Notes under the pieces: model-generated | Seen by the model: the letters and a program-made list of their open reading frames with translations, nothing else | Databases searched by the model: none | Told to the model about the DNA's origin: nothing | Made by a program: the position numbers and the translations under genes | Shown: positions 38,904-43,939 of the stretch, one piece after another | Layout of the letters: every line of letters begins with the position of its first letter | Position numbering within the stretch: position 1 is the stretch's first letter | NCBI GenBank assembly: GCA_964355375.1 | Contig: CAYHFE010000005.1 | Coordinates: 1 to 43,939, forward strand | DNA length: 43,939 nucleotides | Direction: 5' to 3' | DNA from: an uncultured Verrucomicrobiota bacterium | GTDB lineage: Bacteria; Verrucomicrobiota; Verrucomicrobiia; Limisphaerales; SIBE01

Positions 38904-39059
38904 GAGCCTGTTGGAAAAGTCCATTCCAACCGTCGGAGGCGAGGCCACGAGACTCGGATTGGTCTGAATATAGGGCGCACTGGCCGGAGCCGGATGCCCG
39001 ACGCCGCCGCAGCGCGTGATGCTCCGGTTCGACGCCTGTCCAATCCACCGAACACACTC
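38904..39059. mobile_element. 156-bp MITE, family A, in the divergent carB/gspF intergenic region
   Basis: GAGCCTGTTGGAAAA ... CCGAACACACTC; internal CGGAGGCGAGGCCACGAGACTC resembles the family motif. Confidence 0.6.
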
Positions 39060-39066
39060 AAGCGCC

Positions 39067-40068
39067 ATGAAGCATGACGAATTCGCCTTTGTAAACCACC
39101 AGCTCGCGGGAATGCTGAAGAGCGGCATTCCCTTGGAAGGGGCGCTTCGACAGCTCAGCGCGACCATGCAAGGGGGCAGTCTGCGCGATGAATTCACCAA
39201 GCTGGAAACCGACTTGAGCTCCGGCACTCCCCTCCCGGAGGCCCTGGCCCGGCGCCAGTTGCCGGATCTTTATCGCCAAATGATTCGGGTGGGGGTTGCC
39301 AGCAACGACTTGCCGGGCGTGCTGACCATGCTCGCGGATTACTACCAACGAGTCAGCCTGATCGCGATGCGGCTGAAAGGCTTGATGGTTTATCCGCTGA
39401 TCGTCCTCTTGGTTTCGCTCGGATTGTCCGTGTTTGTCACCATCGTCTTCCGTGTGTTCACGGCCGACCTCGCCGAGTCGCTTCAGGGGATGGGCGATAG
39501 CGCGTTCTTTGTGGCCGGACTCCCGGTCATGATCTGGATGCCCATGATCATCCTGGGATTGGCGAGCGGATTGGCGTTGGCGGGCCTGATGTGGCCAGCC
39601 TGGCGCAGCGCCCTCCGTTGGCGTCTTCCAGGTTTCAAGGAAGCCGGATTGGCGCGTCTGGCGTCTGCCATGAACCTCATGCTCAAGAGCGGCACTCCCT
39701 TGGGCGAGGCGCTCGGACTTCTACGAACCTTGGAGAACCATTCACCGGCGGCTCGTGACATCGGGCAATGGCAAAACCGTTTGGCGGCGGGCGGGGCGAA
39801 GTTCTCGGATCTGGCCATCTCGAACGTCACCGTGCCGCCCCTGTTCACCTGGCTGGTCAGCAGCGCGGGTGAGGATCTGGCGGAAGGCTTTCGCCGGGCG
39901 GCGGAAGTCTATCAAGCGCGCGCGGCGCACCGCGTGGAAATGTTGCTCTATGCGGCCTTGCCGGTTTCCATTCTGTTTCTGGCCGCGATGCTCGTCAGTC
40001 AGGTGATTCCGCTGATCCGAATCTTCGTCCGGTTCGGCGGCTTGCTGGACCAACTCGGGAGCGAATGA
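39067..40068 (+). CDS. Type II secretion / type IV pilus platform protein (GspF/PilC family)
   Basis: QLAGMLKSGIPLEGAL, IRVGVASNDLPGVL, LMVYP, and a second repeat MLKSGTPLGEAL. Confidence 0.85.
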   Translation: MKHDEFAFVNHQLAGMLKSGIPLEGALRQLSATMQGGSLRDEFTKLETDLSSGTPLPEALARRQLPDLYRQMIRVGVASNDLPGVLTMLADYYQRVSLIAMRLKGLMVYPLIVLLVSLGLSVFVTIVFRVFTADLAESLQGMGDSAFFVAGLPVMIWMPMIILGLASGLALAGLMWPAWRSALRWRLPGFKEAGLARLASAMNLMLKSGTPLGEALGLLRTLENHSPAARDIGQWQNRLAAGGAKFSDLAISNVTVPPLFTWLVSSAGEDLAEGFRRAAEVYQARAAHRVEMLLYAALPVSILFLAAMLVSQVIPLIRIFVRFGGLLDQLGSE

Positions 40069-41216
40069 ACGATCTCGATTCCATGCTGTTCCTGGCCGGA
40101 TGGATGGTGGTGGGACTTCTTCCGCTCGCCGCCCTGTCATACGGGGTCTATTATCTTTTCAGCCTGCCACTTCGACGCCAGGAACAAGCCCGCCTTCTGC
40201 TCGACCTGGTTGAAACAGGTCTGAGCCACGGCTCTACCATCGAGCATACAATCCTCTCCGCTTCCCAGACCCGCGATCGGTCGCTCGGACGGCGGTTCCA
40301 TCAGATGGCCGGAATCCTCGAACGCGGATCCCGCTTGTCCGCGGCGATGGACCAGGTCCCCGGGTTGGTGCCCTGCCCGATGCAGGCGATGCTCAAGGTC
40401 GGCGAGGAAATTGGCGACGTGAAGCGGATCCTGCCCGCCTGCCGGGCTTTGCTCAAGGATTCGTCCGCTCAGATCCAAAGTTCCCACAACTACCTGGTAG
40501 TTCTGGCCTTCGTCGCGATTCCAGTGATTCCGGCACTTTTCTGGATGCTCCAATTGATCGTGGCGCCAAAGCTCAAACAGATCTTTGCCGACCTCACCGA
40601 AGACATGGGGCTTCCGGCGCTGCAGCTTTTTGACGGAGCCTTGCTCGTCGCGCAGATTCAATTGGCGCTGACCCTCCTTTTCTATGCCGGAGCCGTCTTC
40701 TACGCGGGAGGGCCGCGGTTGGTCTCCTGGCTGGGATCGAAAGTCCCGATGGGTTGGCTGGAATGGCTCTGCTATGCCACGCCGTGGCGGCGCAAGCGCA
40801 TGCAGCGGGATTTCTCCGCGATGCTTGGGGTTCTGCTCGACGCAGGCGTGGCGGAGCCTCGGGCCATCGAGCTCGCCGCCACGAGCACCGCCAATCCGAT
40901 CTTCATCCGCCGCGCCCGCGACGTCATCGCCGAACTGCGGCGCGGAGTGAGACTCGGCGAGGCCATGCAAAAGCTCGATGACACCGGGGAGTTTCGCTGG
41001 CGTCTGGCCAATGCCCTGAAATCAGGCAAAAACTTCTTCCTAGCGTTGACGGGCTGGCTGGAGGCCCTCGATGCGAAAGCGTTTCAACAGCAGCAAGCGA
41101 CCGCGCAAACAGTCACGACGGCGATCGTCTTGTTCAACGGGGTGATGGCGGCACTGGTGGCGGTCTCGGTCTTTCGCGCTCTGACCGCCATCATCGAGGC
41201 GGGGGTCTTATGGTGA
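40065..41216 (+). CDS. Second GspF/PilC-family protein with an extra N-terminal TM
   Basis: ATGA overlap; LERGSRLSAAM, MLKVGEEIG, LGVLLDAGVAE and LRRGVRLGEAM. Confidence 0.8.
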   Translation: MNDLDSMLFLAGWMVVGLLPLAALSYGVYYLFSLPLRRQEQARLLLDLVETGLSHGSTIEHTILSASQTRDRSLGRRFHQMAGILERGSRLSAAMDQVPGLVPCPMQAMLKVGEEIGDVKRILPACRALLKDSSAQIQSSHNYLVVLAFVAIPVIPALFWMLQLIVAPKLKQIFADLTEDMGLPALQLFDGALLVAQIQLALTLLFYAGAVFYAGGPRLVSWLGSKVPMGWLEWLCYATPWRRKRMQRDFSAMLGVLLDAGVAEPRAIELAATSTANPIFIRRARDVIAELRRGVRLGEAMQKLDDTGEFRWRLANALKSGKNFFLALTGWLEALDAKAFQQQQATAQTVTTAIVLFNGVMAALVAVSVFRALTAIIEAGVLW

Positions 41217-41653
41217 CCGGTCCCACTCCAGATCGCGCCCGGCGTTCGGAGCGGGGCACGCTGACCATGGAATTAATCGTGGCCATGGCTATTCTCGTCG
41301 CGGTCGTGATCCCTCTGGGCTTCTCGTTCATGCAGGAGCAAAAGCTGTGTCGGGCCTACTACTTCCGGGCGGTGGCGATGGAGATCATTGACGGGGAGAT
41401 GGAGATTCTCCAAGCGGGCGAGTGGCGAGCGTTTCCCCAGGGCACACCCGCGTATCCAGTGCGGGCCGCGTCCGCCACGAATCTTCCGCCGGGCCATTTT
41501 GTTTTGACGTTCAATCCACCGACGCTGCGTCTGGAGTGGACCCCGGAGAAGAAGGAAAAGGGCGGCTCCGTTTCGCGGGAAATCAAGATCACCGACCTGC
41601 GTCGGGAGAACAAAGACGAAGCCGTCAAACCTTTCAAGATTCCTTCCCCATGA
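41210..41653 (+). CDS. Minor pseudopilin (GspI/PilV-like position)
   Basis: RRSERG|TLTMELIVAMAILVAVV class III signal with E5. Confidence 0.75.
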   Translation: MVTGPTPDRARRSERGTLTMELIVAMAILVAVVIPLGFSFMQEQKLCRAYYFRAVAMEIIDGEMEILQAGEWRAFPQGTPAYPVRAASATNLPPGHFVLTFNPPTLRLEWTPEKKEKGGSVSREIKITDLRRENKDEAVKPFKIPSP

Positions 41654-42408
41654 GCACGTGCCGTTCAGAGCCTGAGAATCGCCGGTCGGAGACCCGACCA
41701 CTCCGCCACCGTGATTTCGCCCGCGGGAGGAGAATTCTCCGAATCGAGCCGGCTGCGTCGCGCCAGCGTCTTGGACTGCGCCGGCCCTCCGGCGCTTTGG
41801 CCAGTGCCCCAGAAGCGGCCGAGGCCTGCCGCACTCCAAAACCTGGCGGAGTTCCCCCGCCCCCCTCTCGGATATCGGCCCGCCCAGTTGATGAACGGTT
41901 CATCGCGAGGGGGACACCCCGGCGCCGCCGGAGCCGTGGATTCCTCCTCATTGATTGTCTCATTTACATCGGCGTCCTGGCGGTCGTGTTGCTGCTGGCA
42001 TTTTCCGCGTTCTACAAGTGCCTCGACTTCTCCCGGGATTTGAATCGAAACGCCGCCGATATCGCCCGGGCTCTGCAGGCCGGAGAACATTGGCGGGCTG
42101 ATATTCGGTTGGCCACGGCGGCACCGAAGTTGGTTTCTGAAGAAGGGTGGTCGGCGCTGGAGATTCCGCAATCCACCGGCACCATCGTCTATCTGTTCGC
42201 CGATGGAACGGTCTGGCGTAAACCGGACTTGCAGGCCCCCGCGCGCAAGGTCTTGTCGGACGTCCAAACCTCGCGAATGGATCGGCAACCGCGCACCCAA
42301 GTCGTGGCCTGGAGTTGGACCGTGGAATTGCGGACCAAGAAGAGGTTTATTCGAGTGCGGCCGACCTTCGATTTTCTGGCGGTCGCTCGACCAGCGGGTC
42401 CTTTATGA
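41650..42408 (+). CDS. Minor pseudopilin (GspJ/PilW-like) with a repeat-derived 97-aa leader
   Basis: ATGA coupling to the upstream gene; RRRRSRG|FLLIDCLIYIGVLAVV; no in-frame ATG or GTG lies closer to the cleavage site. Confidence 0.7.
   Translation: MSTCRSEPENRRSETRPLRHRDFARGRRILRIEPAASRQRLGLRRPSGALASAPEAAEACRTPKPGGVPPPPSRISARPVDERFIARGTPRRRRSRGFLLIDCLIYIGVLAVVLLLAFSAFYKCLDFSRDLNRNAADIARALQAGEHWRADIRLATAAPKLVSEEGWSALEIPQSTGTIVYLFADGTVWRKPDLQAPARKVLSDVQTSRMDRQPRTQVVAWSWTVELRTKKRFIRVRPTFDFLAVARPAGPL
41761..41848. repeat. Palindromic REP-like element CGCCAGCGTCTTGGACTGCG...CGCACTCCAAAACCTGGCG inside the pseudopilin leader
   Basis: Imperfect inverted repeat with internal hairpins, lying within a CCATGAGC (41648) ... 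GTTCATCG (41905) frame. Confidence 0.65.
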
Positions 42409-42731
42409 GACTCAATCTTCAGGCACGAATCGGACCGATCGCCGGGACGGATCCGCGACCCCGGTCGGCTGCAGAACGGCTTCCGCCGGGCGCACGCCGA
42501 GCGGAGCGCGGCTCGGCCGTTCTGGTGGTCTTCATTCTTCTGACCGTGATGAGTGTGATCGTGGCCAGCAATGGCTTGGCCCTGCATCACCTGAACCGCG
42601 AAATCCAACTGACCGAAGCGCGACAGAAGCGCCGTCTGGAAGCCCAGACTCCGATGGCGCCACCTCCGGCCGCCCCTTCGGCGAACCGCACGACCAACGC
42701 AGTGCCAGTGCCGCGACCGTCCCGGCGTTAG
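42405..42731 (+). CDS. Short PilX/GspK-like pseudopilin
   Basis: ATGA overlap; RRAERG|SAVLVVFILLTVMSVIV, which lacks E5 as GspK/PilX do. Confidence 0.7.
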   Translation: MRLNLQARIGPIAGTDPRPRSAAERLPPGARRAERGSAVLVVFILLTVMSVIVASNGLALHHLNREIQLTEARQKRRLEAQTPMAPPPAAPSANRTTNAVPVPRPSRR

Positions 42732-43435
42732 GTCCAAACAGAACCGGACGCGACTTCGCGCTGCAACTGACGGTTGGTTTCGGCGATGCGCAGCGCCATG
42801 GTTCGCGAGATGGCGAAAAGAATCGGACCAGCCAACCTTGGAATTTCCTTGATCAGGAGGAGAAAGGCCTGCGCGCTCAGGCGAAACAAGCGGCTGTCCG
42901 ACTCGCCGACGACGTCGGCCGAGCGGGCGGTTTGGGTGAACATGGACATCTCGCCAAAGAACTCGCCGGCGGCGATCCGGCACAAGGTGGTATCGACCAG
43001 ACCCACGACCAAGCGGGCGCGGACTTCGCCCGTCAGCACGAAGAAAACGGCGTCACCCGGATCTCCTTTCTTGATGATCACTTCCCCCTGTTTGGCCGTG
43101 CGCAACTCGCCAAAGCGGAGGAACTGAGCGAGCTCCTCGTTCGAGAGGCCAGCGAGACTTTCGAAGGCCCGCAGCTCCTCCGGGCCAATGCACGGACCCT
43201 CGCTGCCCGCCTCTCCAGCCAGCTCGGCGTCGGAGGCTTGGCGGAAATGAACTCCCAGAGCGGGGAAGTCCTTGGCCTGATGCCAGAGATTGTCCGTTTG
43301 CGAGAGAATCCAGGTGTCGCGCAAGACCCGTTCTTCTGTCACCCAATCGATGAGCGTGGACAACGCGATCGGGCCATAGACCATATTGTCGCATGCCCAG
43401 ACCTTGAAACTATCTTCTCCAACGGTCGCTGTCAT
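42728..43435 (-). CDS. GYF_2-like plus cyclic-nucleotide-binding domain protein
   Basis: VYGPIALSTLIDWV...DTWI...W (GYF_2/DUF4339-like); GDPGDAVFFVLTGEV and GEFFGEMSMF..TARSADV (cNMP). There is no HTH. Confidence 0.82.
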   Translation of the reverse strand: MTATVGEDSFKVWACDNMVYGPIALSTLIDWVTEERVLRDTWILSQTDNLWHQAKDFPALGVHFRQASDAELAGEAGSEGPCIGPEELRAFESLAGLSNEELAQFLRFGELRTAKQGEVIIKKGDPGDAVFFVLTGEVRARLVVGLVDTTLCRIAAGEFFGEMSMFTQTARSADVVGESDSRLFRLSAQAFLLLIKEIPRLAGPILFAISRTMALRIAETNRQLQREVASGSVWT

Positions 43436-43521
43436 GGCCCGGGAGAGTAATTGTCGCCTCGACTAAAAGCGATCCAATTCTTGTTCTAAACGGGCCGGTG
43501 AGACGCGGATGCGCGAGGGAG

Positions 43522-43929
43522 CTATTCCCATTTTGAAGCCAAGCGCAGGATTTCCTTGGTCGGACAATCCGGGATCGCCCGAACCTGACCGGATCGCTCG
43601 GTCACGACCAAACGATCGTCCTCAATTCGATAGCGAGCCGTCCACTCCACTCCGAATTCCGTGGGGTTTTCCGTGATCGCGAACGGTTGCTCTTTGCCAT
43701 CCTGGGCCAAACAGAGCGCCAAACCATCTTCGCCATCGAGCAGCCACCCATCACCATTTTCCGTGGAGAACAGGATTAACGGGCCCAGGCGCGCGAGCCC
43801 GGCGCGTTTCTCTTTCGCTCGATGGAGGGTCTGATTCACTTCGCCGTGGAGTGTGGCTTGAACGCGTCCAATGGAGCGCCCGCTGGATTTTGCAGAGGAC
43901 GCCCCGCCGGTTTGGTTCGATTTCGTCAT
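43522..43929 (-). CDS. Hypothetical protein
   Basis: 135-aa ORF with globular-like composition (LILFSTENGDGWLLD), co-oriented with the next gene. The start is near the window edge. Confidence 0.6.
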   Translation of the reverse strand: MTKSNQTGGASSAKSSGRSIGRVQATLHGEVNQTLHRAKEKRAGLARLGPLILFSTENGDGWLLDGEDGLALCLAQDGKEQPFAITENPTEFGVEWTARYRIEDDRLVVTERSGQVRAIPDCPTKEILRLASKWE

Positions 43930-43939
43930 GAGCCCGCAT

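Noticed and set aside
38796-39227. N-terminal extension of CarB
   Set aside because: The canonical MPRRNDI start at 38795 has a strong SD. The extension crosses a MITE and the gspF gene on the other strand.

Overview
GC-rich bacterial chromosomal window. The gene families and repeat content suggest Verrucomicrobiota, which is an inference. In order it holds: the end of a surface-polysaccharide cluster (flippase, methyltransferase, CgeB-like glycosyltransferase); two large secreted repeat proteins and an H-X9-DG pilin-like gene; a carbohydrate-use locus (esterase-lyase fusion, tandem DUF1080, lipoprotein GalM, sugar ABC transporter); a GH-like secreted protein; NfeD; an ECF sigma/anti-sigma/periplasmic trio; rpsU and a housekeeping run ending in a CCA-adding enzyme; a sigma54-preceded papain-like hypothetical; an orphan sugar-binding protein; an MBOAT/SGNH pair; a stand-alone carB; a two-GspF plus three-pseudopilin cluster; and a GYF_2-cNMP protein. 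Three observations stand out. (1) A 56-aa membrane-anchored candidate selenoprotein missed by the ORF track (31451..31621) has an in-frame UGA, a U-x4-C motif and an fdhF-like SECIS hairpin. (2) The intergenic space holds several families of modular, nested palindromic MITE/REP-like elements, and no transposase is present. (3) Three of these elements lie in frame inside predicted cleavable N-terminal leader peptides.
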